This document shows positions 18,759 to 27,378 of a stretch of DNA of 64,000 nt, piece after piece. Every line of letters begins with the position of its first letter. Position 1 is the stretch's first letter. Made by a program: the position numbers and the translations under genes. The DNA comes from Candidatus Binatus sp. (GTDB lineage: Bacteria; Desulfobacterota; Binatia; Binatales; Binataceae). The stretch covers positions 12,609-76,608 of the forward strand of contig NZ_JBEKFG010000005.1 of assembly GCF_050013435.1 (NCBI RefSeq). The letters run 5' to 3'. The notes beneath the pieces were generated by a model, which had not been told where the DNA came from, did not search any database, and was given only the letters and a program-made list of their open reading frames with translations.

Positions 18759-20318
18759 ATGCCAGCCAGACGAATTTTCTCGATATTTCTCCTCGCATTT
18801 GGCCTCGTGGCGTTATCACGGGTGGGTCTGGCGCGCGCGGCCGACAGCGACGGCAGCGCCGCCGATCTCAAGGAAATCAAAAGCGAGATGCGTCAGTTGC
18901 GCGAGGAGCGCAAGCGTGACCGCGAAGTAATTCACTCGCTCGAGATCAAGGTTCAGCAACTCGAGACGAAGGATTCAAAGGTCGCGGCCACCACTGAGCA
19001 GTTGCACGCCACGGATCAGAAGCTCAAGGAGACGACCCTCGAGCTTCAGCAGACTAACGCCCAGGTGCAGACTTTGCAGACCAAGGTCGATGCGCCGATC
19101 GCGGCGTCGGAGTTTGGCGATGCGGTTAGTCGATACCTCGGAACCCACTCGTTCACCGTGGCCGGTGCCGCCGGCGGCAGCTTCATCTATGACCAGCAAA
19201 GCGGCGGCCTCGACGGCGTTTCTCATGTATCGCAGAATTCGTTCTTTTTCGATTGGGAGCCGATGTTTCTGTATCGCCCGACTGACTGGATCATGTTCGA
19301 GGGCGTGATCAGCACCGCGTTTGGAAGTACCGGGACGGGAGCCGATCTGTCGACCGCTGATTTTCAGATTTTTCTTAACGACTATATGACGGTCGTGGCC
19401 GGGCTTTTCGATCAGCCGTTCGGTGACTGGTACGAGAACCAGAGCCCGATGTGGGTGAACCGGTTTGTCACGGCGCCGCTGCCGTTTGGAGTTGAGCCCG
19501 TGGTTCCGCCGGGGGAGATTGGAGTCCAGCTTCGCGGCGGCATGCAATTCGGCGCGCTCGGTCAGGATTTCGACTACACCGTCTGGGGCGGAAACGGCCC
19601 CAATTTCAGCTCCAACGTCCTCGGCGCCGCGCTCTCGAGTCCAACCGCCGTCGCCAACAGCCAGACCAACGGCAAATCGATCGGCGCGCGTTTTCGCATC
19701 TATCCGCTCCCGGTAGATTCTCAAATGGGCCGCCTCGAGCTCGGAGCCTCCACCTACAACGGCAAGTGGGCAAATGGAAATTGGTACAATTCATGGGGCG
19801 TCGATTTCAACTACTTCATCGGCAACTTGCAGGCCCGCGGAGAATGGATGGAATCGTACCGTCAGATGCCCGACGGTATGGGCTCTGACAATCGCCAGGG
19901 ATGGTACGTGCAAGCCGGTTACGTCCTGAACGATCTCAACGTCCCGTGCTTCCCCGACAAGCTCAACGGCTATCTCCATCGATTTGAGCCGCTGGTGCGC
20001 TATTCGGGAGTCAACCAGCGCGCCGTTGCAAGCGACGACATCGAGGCCGCTACCGGCGTCGGCCAGGGCGGCTTCCAGACCGGTCTGGTTCCCGATTTCG
20101 GCATCAACGGGTCGCCGGCCACCTACGCGCCACACGCTCGCGAAGTCGCGTTGGCTCTCGACTATTGGATCGCACCATCGATCGTTTGGCAGAACGAATT
20201 CGACCTCGAGTTGCCGCAAAATGGAGGAGCATTCGTCTCACCCAGCGGCGCGGTGACACCCGCGGGTCCAATTCCCAACGATCGCGCCTTCCTCAGCCAA
20301 TTCACGATCGGATTCTGA
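18759..20318 (+). CDS. outer-membrane beta-barrel porin with N-terminal coiled coil (porin O/P-like)
   Basis: Signal peptide, about 90-aa heptad coiled coil, aromatic-rich alternating beta-strand pattern, C-terminal ...FTIGF. Confidence 0.65.
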   Translation: MPARRIFSIFLLAFGLVALSRVGLARAADSDGSAADLKEIKSEMRQLREERKRDREVIHSLEIKVQQLETKDSKVAATTEQLHATDQKLKETTLELQQTNAQVQTLQTKVDAPIAASEFGDAVSRYLGTHSFTVAGAAGGSFIYDQQSGGLDGVSHVSQNSFFFDWEPMFLYRPTDWIMFEGVISTAFGSTGTGADLSTADFQIFLNDYMTVVAGLFDQPFGDWYENQSPMWVNRFVTAPLPFGVEPVVPPGEIGVQLRGGMQFGALGQDFDYTVWGGNGPNFSSNVLGAALSSPTAVANSQTNGKSIGARFRIYPLPVDSQMGRLELGASTYNGKWANGNWYNSWGVDFNYFIGNLQARGEWMESYRQMPDGMGSDNRQGWYVQAGYVLNDLNVPCFPDKLNGYLHRFEPLVRYSGVNQRAVASDDIEAATGVGQGGFQTGLVPDFGINGSPATYAPHAREVALALDYWIAPSIVWQNEFDLELPQNGGAFVSPSGAVTPAGPIPNDRAFLSQFTIGF

Positions 20319-20326
20319 GCGGAGTC

Positions 20327-20614
20327 ATGGCCATGAGAAAAATATTCGCGGCAATCGTACTTGCGACTCTAACGATCGGATTTGTCGGCGCTCCCGCTTC
20401 GGCTCAGGAGAATCTTTCCCCGGCCGAGCACAGACGCCTGTTTCGGGAGGGCGCCCAACTCTGGCCGGTTTACTGCAACACCTGCCATAATGCGCGACCG
20501 GGATCCGAGAAGGCGCCCTATGAGTGGGACCTGATCATCATGCATATGCGCACGCTGGGAAATTTACCGGCCGGCGACACCAGGGCGCTGGTGGAATACC
20601 TCAAGGCCCGTTGA
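20327..20614 (+). CDS. monoheme cytochrome c
   Basis: 95 aa with signal peptide and a single CNTCH motif. GGAG lies 5 nt upstream of the ATG. Confidence 0.8.
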   Translation: MAMRKIFAAIVLATLTIGFVGAPASAQENLSPAEHRRLFREGAQLWPVYCNTCHNARPGSEKAPYEWDLIIMHMRTLGNLPAGDTRALVEYLKAR

Positions 20615-20653
20615 ATCGCCCTCGGCGGCGCGAACATTGAACCGGAGGACAAC

Positions 20654-21010
20654 GTGAACCGACTTATCTCGACCATTGGTGTGTGCGCGATCATCGCATG
20701 CGCGTTTGTGCCTGCGCGCGCGGCCGACATGGCTGCCGCCAAGCAGAGCTACAATACGTTTTGTATGAAGTGCCACGGCACCGATGGCCAAGGCGACGGT
20801 GCTGCCGCGGCTACCCTTGCCACCAAGCCTCGCAATTTCACTGATTGCGCGACGATGGGCAAGATTACCGACGAGACCCTGTTCAACGCGATCAAGAACG
20901 GCGGCGCCTCGGTTGGTCTCAGCAAAGATATGCAGGCGTGGAGCACCGGTTTCGGGGACGACGAGATCCACGACCTCGTCGCTTACGTCAGGGCCTTCTG
21001 CAAGAAGTAA
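20654..21010 (+). CDS. class I monoheme cytochrome c
   Basis: 118 aa from a GTG start after GGAGG. Signal peptide, CMKCH heme site, distal Met region (SKDMQAW). Confidence 0.85.
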   Translation: MNRLISTIGVCAIIACAFVPARAADMAAAKQSYNTFCMKCHGTDGQGDGAAAATLATKPRNFTDCATMGKITDETLFNAIKNGGASVGLSKDMQAWSTGFGDDEIHDLVAYVRAFCKK

Positions 21011-21021
21011 GCGCGACCTCG

Positions 21022-22941
21022 ATGCCCGATGGAAATTTGATTGACGCGATCCCGCGCGACTTGTGGTGGTTTCGCAAGAACGTGCCGTGCCTTGAAGCGT
21101 GCCCGGTCAAAACCGACGCCGGCCGCTACGTTCAACTGGTCGCCGAAGGACGCCTGGCCGAAGCATATCGCGTTGCGCGATCGCCCAATCCGATCGCGTC
21201 CATATGCGGCCGCGCTTGCGGCGCGCCATGCGAGGACGCGTGCCGCCGCGGCAAGATCGACGCGCCCGTGACGATTCGCGCGCTCAAGCGCTTTCTCACC
21301 GAGCAATTCGGCCCCGAAGCACTCTCGGCCCGCGGCATCCGTGACATGATCGCCGGACCATCCGGCGGCGGCAGCGTCACTCCCGGTCATCTCGATATTC
21401 TCGGCGCACGGCCCGACGCCGGCGCGCCCAGGCGCAAAGTCGCAGTCGTCGGCGCGGGTCCGGCCGGGCTCGCATGCGCACACGATCTGGCCGTGATGGG
21501 CTACAGCGTCACGGTTTTCGAGGCGATGCCGCATCCGGGCGGGATGCTTCGCTACGGGATTCCCGCCTACCGTCTTCCGCGCGACGTGATCGACTGCCAG
21601 GTCGGCGAGATCGAAGCGCTGGGTGTCGAGTTTCGCTACTCGACGCCGCTTCGACCCGGCTTCGGAGTTCAAGAACTCAAAGAGCAGGGCTATGAAGCTA
21701 TCTTTCTCGCCGTTGGAGCGTCGCGCGGCCGCGCGGTGCCGATCGAGGGGGTCGATACCGACGGCGTGATCAAGGCGATCGACTACCTGCTCAATATCCA
21801 TCGCGGCTTCCGCGTTCCGCTCGGCGGCAAGGTGGTCGTTATAGGCGGCGGCCTGGTCGCCATCGATGCGGCCCGAACCGCGGTTCGCACCCTCCTGCCC
21901 GGACTCGTCATGTCGCAGGAGGAAGAACAGAGCGTCGCGGCCGGCACGATGCGCGTCGCACTCGATGCGGCGCGCGAGGCGGCGCGGCGCGGTGCGCTCG
22001 AAGTTACGGTCGCCAGTCTTGAGTCCGAGCCCGAGATGCCGGCGATGAAATCCGCGCAGGGCCGCGAGGAACTCGATATCGCGCGCGACGAGGGCGTCAC
22101 TTTTCTCCCCGGTTGGGGCCCCAAGCGAATCGTCAGCCGCGACGGCCATGCGGTCGGAATCGAATTAGTCAAATGCGTCAGGGTATTCGATGAAGCGGGC
22201 CGCTTCCGGCCGCAATTTGACGAAAACGATCGCCGCGTCGTTGACGCCGACGGCGTGATCCTCGCCATCGGGCAGGCGCCGGACCTGTCGTTTATCAAGC
22301 CGCAAGATGGTGTCACCATCACGCCCGCCGGAACTGTCAAGATCGACCCGGTCACTCTCGAAACCGGCATCGCCGGCGTATTCGCAGGCGGCGATGCGGC
22401 CTTTCCACCTTCCCTGCTGATCACCTGTGCACAGCACGGCAAGGTCGCCGCGCGCGGCATCGACGCCTATCTCCGCGGGATACCGCTCGGCCAGCCGCGC
22501 ATGCACGTCACCATCGAGGAGCTGCCGACCGACAGCTACACGATGGTTGAACGTTACGAGCAGAAGCCTCGCGAGGTTCCGCTGGTCCCGCTCTCGCGCC
22601 GCACCGGAATCACCGAAGTCGAGTCCGTGTTAAGTCCGGGCGACGCGCACGAGCAGGCCGAGCGATGCCTCTACTGCCATATCCATCCGATCTACAACGG
22701 CTCGGCATGCATTCTGTGCAATCGATGCGTGGACATTTGCCCGGAGCATTGCCTGCATTTCGCCCCCGCCGGCGAGATCGCCGATCAGGAGCGGGTTGCC
22801 GGCGTGATGACGGAGGCGCCGACGCGCAGTGCTTTTCTCTACGACGAGACCAAATGCATCCGTTGCGGCCTGTGCGCGATCAGGTGCCCGACCTCGGCGA
22901 TTACCATGGAACGCTTTCAGTTCGAAGAGACGGCCGTCTGA
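21022..22941 (+). CDS. GltD/SudA-like FAD- and NAD(P)H-binding oxidoreductase fused to a 2x[4Fe-4S] ferredoxin domain
   Basis: N-terminal Cys cluster (CLEACP...[13 protein letters not shown]). Dinucleotide fold [15 protein letters not shown] and a second Rossmann [15 protein letters not shown]-terminal [12 protein letters not shown] and [12 protein letters not shown]. Confidence 0.85.
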   Translation: MPDGNLIDAIPRDLWWFRKNVPCLEACPVKTDAGRYVQLVAEGRLAEAYRVARSPNPIASICGRACGAPCEDACRRGKIDAPVTIRALKRFLTEQFGPEALSARGIRDMIAGPSGGGSVTPGHLDILGARPDAGAPRRKVAVVGAGPAGLACAHDLAVMGYSVTVFEAMPHPGGMLRYGIPAYRLPRDVIDCQVGEIEALGVEFRYSTPLRPGFGVQELKEQGYEAIFLAVGASRGRAVPIEGVDTDGVIKAIDYLLNIHRGFRVPLGGKVVVIGGGLVAIDAARTAVRTLLPGLVMSQEEEQSVAAGTMRVALDAAREAARRGALEVTVASLESEPEMPAMKSAQGREELDIARDEGVTFLPGWGPKRIVSRDGHAVGIELVKCVRVFDEAGRFRPQFDENDRRVVDADGVILAIGQAPDLSFIKPQDGVTITPAGTVKIDPVTLETGIAGVFAGGDAAFPPSLLITCAQHGKVAARGIDAYLRGIPLGQPRMHVTIEELPTDSYTMVERYEQKPREVPLVPLSRRTGITEVESVLSPGDAHEQAERCLYCHIHPIYNGSACILCNRCVDICPEHCLHFAPAGEIADQERVAGVMTEAPTRSAFLYDETKCIRCGLCAIRCPTSAITMERFQFEETAV

Positions 22942-23402
22942 TGGACAGCGATCGGCGAAGAATTCTGCGCTTCATCGGCAAAGGCTCGGTGTTGGCCGCC
23001 TTCCTTGGCCAGATCGGCGCTGCCGGCAGGGCATTCTATCCCAACGTGCTCTACGAGCCGCCCAGCCGCTTCAAACTCAAGCGCCCCAACGATTACCCCG
23101 ACGGCTACACCTTTGTCGAAGCGCACCGCCTGTTTGTGATTCGTCAAAAGGAGGCGTTCCACGTCATCTCCGCCATCTGCACGCATCTGGGATGCACAGT
23201 GCAGTGGAAAGATACCGAGTTCGATTGTCCGTGCCATGGCAGCCGCTTTAATCCCGACGGCACGGTGATTTCGGGCCCTGCGCCACGTCCTCTCGATTGG
23301 TTTGCGACGACCGTTTCGCCCGACGGGTTCCTCGAAGTTGACAGCGCCACCGACGTTGCGCGCGACTTCAGGCTGCTCGTCGGCGGAAAAGGCAAGGCTT
23401 GA
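22941..23402 (+). CDS. Rieske [2Fe-2S] subunit with Tat signal
   Basis: RRRILRF twin-arginine motif. CTHLGC ... CPCHGS cluster-binding boxes. ATGA start/stop overlap with the upstream gene. Confidence 0.9.
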   Translation: MDSDRRRILRFIGKGSVLAAFLGQIGAAGRAFYPNVLYEPPSRFKLKRPNDYPDGYTFVEAHRLFVIRQKEAFHVISAICTHLGCTVQWKDTEFDCPCHGSRFNPDGTVISGPAPRPLDWFATTVSPDGFLEVDSATDVARDFRLLVGGKGKA

Positions 23403-23405
23403 TCC

Positions 23406-24707
23406 GTGGGCGATAAGATCAAGGCGCTCTGGCGCAAGACTTTGTGGGCGTGGTCGCCTGACAGCGAGCGCGAATCGTCGGAATCAATCGTCAAGAACTT
23501 CTGGCTCCACTGGTTCCCGGCCAAAGTCGCGCGCGCCAGCATGGATTGGAACTACTCCTTCTGGCTCGGCACCGCGTCGGCATCGCTGCTGATGATCCTG
23601 ACCGTCACCGGCGTGATGCTGATGTTCTATTACGTGCCGTCCACCGAGCGCGCCTACGGAAGTATCAAGGATCTGGAATACGCCGTCAGCTTCGGCCGCC
23701 TGCTCAGAAATCAGCATCGATGGGCGGCGGAGGGGATGGTTGCGGTTGTTTATATCCACATGGCGCGAGTGTTCTTCACCGGCGCGTACCGCGGCACCCG
23801 CGCGATCAACTGGGTGGTCGGGGTAATTCTTTTCCTCGCGACATTGCTTCTGTCCTTCACCGGTTACCTGCTGCCGTGGGACCAGCTCGCATTCTGGGCG
23901 ATCACCGTGGGCACCAGCATCGCGAAGCAAGCGCCGGTGGTCGGACCTACTATCCAATTCATTCTGCTTGGCGGCAATGAGATCGGACAGCAGACCTTGC
24001 TGCGTTTTTACGTGCTGCACGTTTTCTTCCTGCCGGTCTTCGCGTTGGTGCTGTTCGCTTATCACATGTGGCGCGTGCGCAAGGACGGCGGTCTCGCGGC
24101 GATCGAGCGCGTCCGCCATGAGCGCGCGATGGCGCCGAAGGCGACTCCCAAGACCAAAAGTTACTCGCTGTTCGGGATTACGCCGGGCACCTCCGTGCAG
24201 GTGATGAGTTCGACCGGTCTCGAAGAGTCCGATCAGGTTTTCTCGTCGCCGAATATGTCGCGGCGAATCGCGCTGGTCTTCCTGGTCGTGTTCAACATCA
24301 CGCTGCTGGCCGCGTTGATGTTCAATGCGCCGCTGGAGGGTCTCGCCAATCCATCGGTGACGCCCAATCCGGCGAAAGCGCCGTGGTATTTCGTCTGGCT
24401 GCAGGAGTTGGTCGCTTCAACAACTGTTCGCATGGGCGGGTTTACCGTCAGCGGCGCGTTGCTGGGCGGAATACTGCTGCCCGGATTTCTGCTCGCCGTG
24501 CTCACGCTATGGCCGTTCATCGATCGTTCGTCACTTCGGACCGAGGGGCGATGGCTCGCCCCCGAGCGCAGGCGGCAGAACGTAACCTTCGCGCTGGCGA
24601 CGCTCGCGATCATCGTGCTGATCGTGGTCGGGGTTTACTTGCGCGGTCCCTACTGGCGGATCTACTGGCCCGGACAGCCGCGCCCCGAGATGCCGCGGCT
24701 TTACTGA
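23406..24707 (+). CDS. cytochrome b (fused b6 plus subunit IV-like)
   Basis: 433 aa. Contains RNQHRWAAEGMVAVVYIHMARVFFTGAY and LLPWDQLAFWA; conserved heme-ligand His pairs. GTG start. Confidence 0.9.
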   Translation: MGDKIKALWRKTLWAWSPDSERESSESIVKNFWLHWFPAKVARASMDWNYSFWLGTASASLLMILTVTGVMLMFYYVPSTERAYGSIKDLEYAVSFGRLLRNQHRWAAEGMVAVVYIHMARVFFTGAYRGTRAINWVVGVILFLATLLLSFTGYLLPWDQLAFWAITVGTSIAKQAPVVGPTIQFILLGGNEIGQQTLLRFYVLHVFFLPVFALVLFAYHMWRVRKDGGLAAIERVRHERAMAPKATPKTKSYSLFGITPGTSVQVMSSTGLEESDQVFSSPNMSRRIALVFLVVFNITLLAALMFNAPLEGLANPSVTPNPAKAPWYFVWLQELVASTTVRMGGFTVSGALLGGILLPGFLLAVLTLWPFIDRSSLRTEGRWLAPERRRQNVTFALATLAIIVLIVVGVYLRGPYWRIYWPGQPRPEMPRLY

Positions 24708-24708
24708 A

Positions 24709-25668
24709 ATGGCTGAAATCGGCAACAAGAACGAATCGTTCGAGGCCAAGGACTTCGGCTGGATGGTCGCGATGTCGGTCCTGTTCTTCGGGCTGGTCGT
24801 GGTTGGCTTCTGGTTTGAGTTCAGCACCGATTGGGGAGCTTATCAGCGTGAGTTTCCTCAACTGCTGAGCCACTACGGTAAAGTCGAAGACGCGCGCGAC
24901 TTCCGCGAGGGCATCAAACAGATCTGGATACCCAAGATTGGCGTCACCGATCGCTGCATCACGTGCCATCTCGGCTACGAATGGTCTTCGGTTCTTCCGG
25001 CCACGATCGCCGAGCCGCTGAAGCCGCACACGATGAACGATTGGCTCGCGAAGCATGAATTCGAGCGCTTCGGATGCACGCCATGCCACGGCGGCGACGG
25101 ATCGGCAACAACTCTCGCGGGATCTCATCAAGGGGGAAAGGGATGGGAAGATCCAATGCTCTCGCGCGCGCTGGCAGAGCGAAACGGGCTCACGATGAAC
25201 GAGATGATGCAGATGCGATGCAACTTTTGCCATCGCCGTGATGCCGCGACGCCGGGGATGGACGAGATCAATCTCGCCAAACGGCTCATCGTCAAGAAAA
25301 AGTGCCTGATCTGCCATACCGTCGAAGGGCGCGGCGGCAACACCGGACCCGAGCTGACCTACGAGGGCGACAAAAACCCCGAGTTGCTGAGCTTCGCGCA
25401 CGTCAACGGCGAACGCACGATGTTCAATTGGAACGTGCAGCATCTGACGCAGGCGAGCGTGGTTACGCCGAACACGCAGATGCCCGATTTCAACATGAAG
25501 CCCGAGGAATCGAGAGCGCTGACGCTGCTTCTGCTCAGCTGGCGGCGGCTGCCGTATCCCCCGGAATACATCCCGGATCCGGAATTGGCCGCAGCGGCGA
25601 TGCAACCGTCGCCGTCGCCTGCCTCAAGCGCGACTCCGGCTCCGGCCGCGACGCCTATCGCGCGTTGA
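24709..25668 (+). CDS. membrane-anchored tetraheme cytochrome c
   Basis: N-terminal TM helix. Four CXXCH motifs (CITCH, CTPCH, CNFCH, CLICH). Pro/Ala/Ser tail. Confidence 0.85.
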   Translation: MAEIGNKNESFEAKDFGWMVAMSVLFFGLVVVGFWFEFSTDWGAYQREFPQLLSHYGKVEDARDFREGIKQIWIPKIGVTDRCITCHLGYEWSSVLPATIAEPLKPHTMNDWLAKHEFERFGCTPCHGGDGSATTLAGSHQGGKGWEDPMLSRALAERNGLTMNEMMQMRCNFCHRRDAATPGMDEINLAKRLIVKKKCLICHTVEGRGGNTGPELTYEGDKNPELLSFAHVNGERTMFNWNVQHLTQASVVTPNTQMPDFNMKPEESRALTLLLLSWRRLPYPPEYIPDPELAAAAMQPSPSPASSATPAPAATPIAR

Positions 25669-25700
25669 GTATTCCGAGTTAAATATCGTTTGGTGAATCG

Positions 25701-26126
25701 ATGAAGCTGAAATTGTTGGCGTCAATCTTTGCGCTAGGCGCCGCGCTGTCCGTCGCGCAGCCCGCGCTGTCTGCGGGCAATGACGTGAGCGACGGGCACC
25801 GTTATTTCCTTCGCTACTGTGCGTCATGCCATGGTCTGGACGGTCTCGGAGACGGTCCGGTGGCGAAGAGCCTGTCCACGCCGCCGACAAGTCTGCGCAA
25901 GCTCGGCGACAAATATGGCGTGCCGCTGCCGGCGCATCGCATAGCCGAACTGATAGACGGTCGAGATACACCCAGGGCGCATGGGACTCACGAGATGCCG
26001 GTATGGGGAGAGCGCCTTTACGAGCTTGGCCAGGGTGAAAGGGGCGAATACGGGATCGGTGAAGTGATCGGCAAAATTATTGCCTACCTCAACATGATTC
26101 AGGATCGCCGAACTGCGATGCGATAA
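25701..26126 (+). CDS. monoheme cytochrome c
   Basis: Signal peptide, CASCH motif, HEMPVW distal Met region. Confidence 0.85.
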   Translation: MKLKLLASIFALGAALSVAQPALSAGNDVSDGHRYFLRYCASCHGLDGLGDGPVAKSLSTPPTSLRKLGDKYGVPLPAHRIAELIDGRDTPRAHGTHEMPVWGERLYELGQGERGEYGIGEVIGKIIAYLNMIQDRRTAMR

Positions 26127-26132
26127 CGCTGC
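26087..26132 (+). repeat. 46-bp direct repeat, copy 1 (last 12 codons plus stop of cytochrome c)
   Basis: 42/46 identical to 27321..27366. Confidence 0.85.
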
Positions 26133-26339
26133 AATGATGCGGGCGCGGCCCGCCAGCCCCGGTGCTGTCTTAATTCGGGACTGAGTGGTTGAATTTGAAT
26201 CCGCGAGTGTCTTAATTCGGCGCAATGCAACTAGGGTAAATTACCCTATTTAATTTTGCTTGAGCGGTGCAGGTTTCGAACCTTCTGATCTTGGCATCGC
26301 TTGCAATTTGACGCCGTCCAACTCTCCGACTGCCATCAT

Positions 26340-26750
26340 TTAGGGTGTCGGCAGGAACGCCGCCGGCGAGACGTGAAACCGCGCGGCAAGTTTTTTGATC
26401 TGATGCACATTGAGTTCGCGCTTTCCGCGCAGCACTTCCGATACTACGCCTTGGCTGCCGATCTCGGGCAGATCAGACTGCGTCAGGTCGTGCTCCTCCA
26501 TCAGATACTTGAGCACTTCGAGCCCGGAGGCGTCGGCTAAAGCATGATGCTCCACGTCGTATGCCTCGATCAGCACGCTCAGCGTTTCGATGAAGCGGTA
26601 ACGTGGGTCCCGCGGGTTGTCGCCAATCTCGTCAACCAGTTTGTTGAGCTGATTGACGGCCGTGTCGTATTCGCGGGCGCTGTGAATCGCGAGGAGCGGA
26701 GCGAATGCGGCCGGGTTCTTTAGGGTTCGAGTGGTAGTCCGACTTTTCAT
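26340..26750 (-). CDS. higA: HigA-type HTH (XRE) antitoxin
   Basis: 136 aa. C-terminal HTH LTQSDLPEIGSQGVVSEVLRGKRELNVHQIKKLAARFHVSPAAF. 4-nt overlap with higB. Confidence 0.85.
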   Translation of the reverse strand: MKSRTTTRTLKNPAAFAPLLAIHSAREYDTAVNQLNKLVDEIGDNPRDPRYRFIETLSVLIEAYDVEHHALADASGLEVLKYLMEEHDLTQSDLPEIGSQGVVSEVLRGKRELNVHQIKKLAARFHVSPAAFLPTP

Positions 26751-27046
26751 TTTTTCCAGCCACCTCTGTCGTATTCTGCATGGGTCAAGATGTAGCGGAT
26801 GAACAGCATTTGCCTGTTGAAGTGAATCGCTGCGATCAGCCTGTACTTGTTACCAGCAATATTGAAAACGTAGAAATCGCCCTTGCCGGTCGGCACGTAG
26901 TCCACCGATCCGAAGGTTCGCTTCAGCTCGGCCAGATTTGAATACGTTCCACTTTTTACCAGCTTGCACCATACTCGCAGCGGCGCGTCAGCATCGGGGT
27001 ATTGTTGCGCGAAGTCCCTGAGCGCCTTCTCCGAGACAACCCGCAT
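26747..27046 (-). CDS. higB: HigB-type mRNA interferase toxin
   Basis: 99 aa, toxin-first arrangement. Contains FNIAGNKYRLIAAIHFNRQMLFIRYILTHAEYD. Confidence 0.85.
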   Translation of the reverse strand: MRVVSEKALRDFAQQYPDADAPLRVWCKLVKSGTYSNLAELKRTFGSVDYVPTGKGDFYVFNIAGNKYRLIAAIHFNRQMLFIRYILTHAEYDRGGWKK

Positions 27047-27052
27047 GTCGAG

Positions 27053-27081
27053 AATATATCTCAGGATGAGATAGATGTCAA
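27053..27081 (-). promoter_or_regulatory. sigma-70 promoter candidate for higBA (near-leaderless)
   Basis: Minus strand reads TTGACA-17 nt-TATATT, and the -10 box ends 6 nt before the higB ATG. Confidence 0.6.
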
Positions 27082-27320
27082 CTCAAATTGCGATGAATTT
27101 TATTACTTCTTCGCCTTGCGCTTTTTGGCTCTCACCGCGGCGTGGCGGATATTCATGGACAGTGAGTTAGCAGGCGGTCGCGGGACCGGCAAACGGCGGT
27201 GGCGCAGAGGCGGCCGGGCGCGAGCGGAAATGCGGCCGCATCGCGAGATCGTTCCGACGAGTGTTGAGCGCAGCGGGAAAGAACTCGTGCGCCTGACCCG
27301 GGATTTTCGGGTACTCATTT

Positions 27321-27366
27321 CCTCAACATGATTCAGGATCGCCGAATGGCGGCGCGATAACGCTGC
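27321..27366 (+). repeat. 46-bp direct repeat, copy 2 (orphan cytochrome c 3-prime end)
   Basis: Retains the frame and stop (LNMIQDRRMAAR-stop versus LNMIQDRRTAMR-stop). Confidence 0.85.
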
Positions 27367-27378
27367 GCGCGGGCGGGC

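Noticed and set aside
26262-26296. tRNA-like T-arm fragment (ggttcgaaacc on the minus strand) inside the higBA cassette
   Set aside because: Only a T-loop-like motif with an imperfect stem is present. No acceptor, D or anticodon arms can be built. It is noted as a possible att remnant but not called as a feature.
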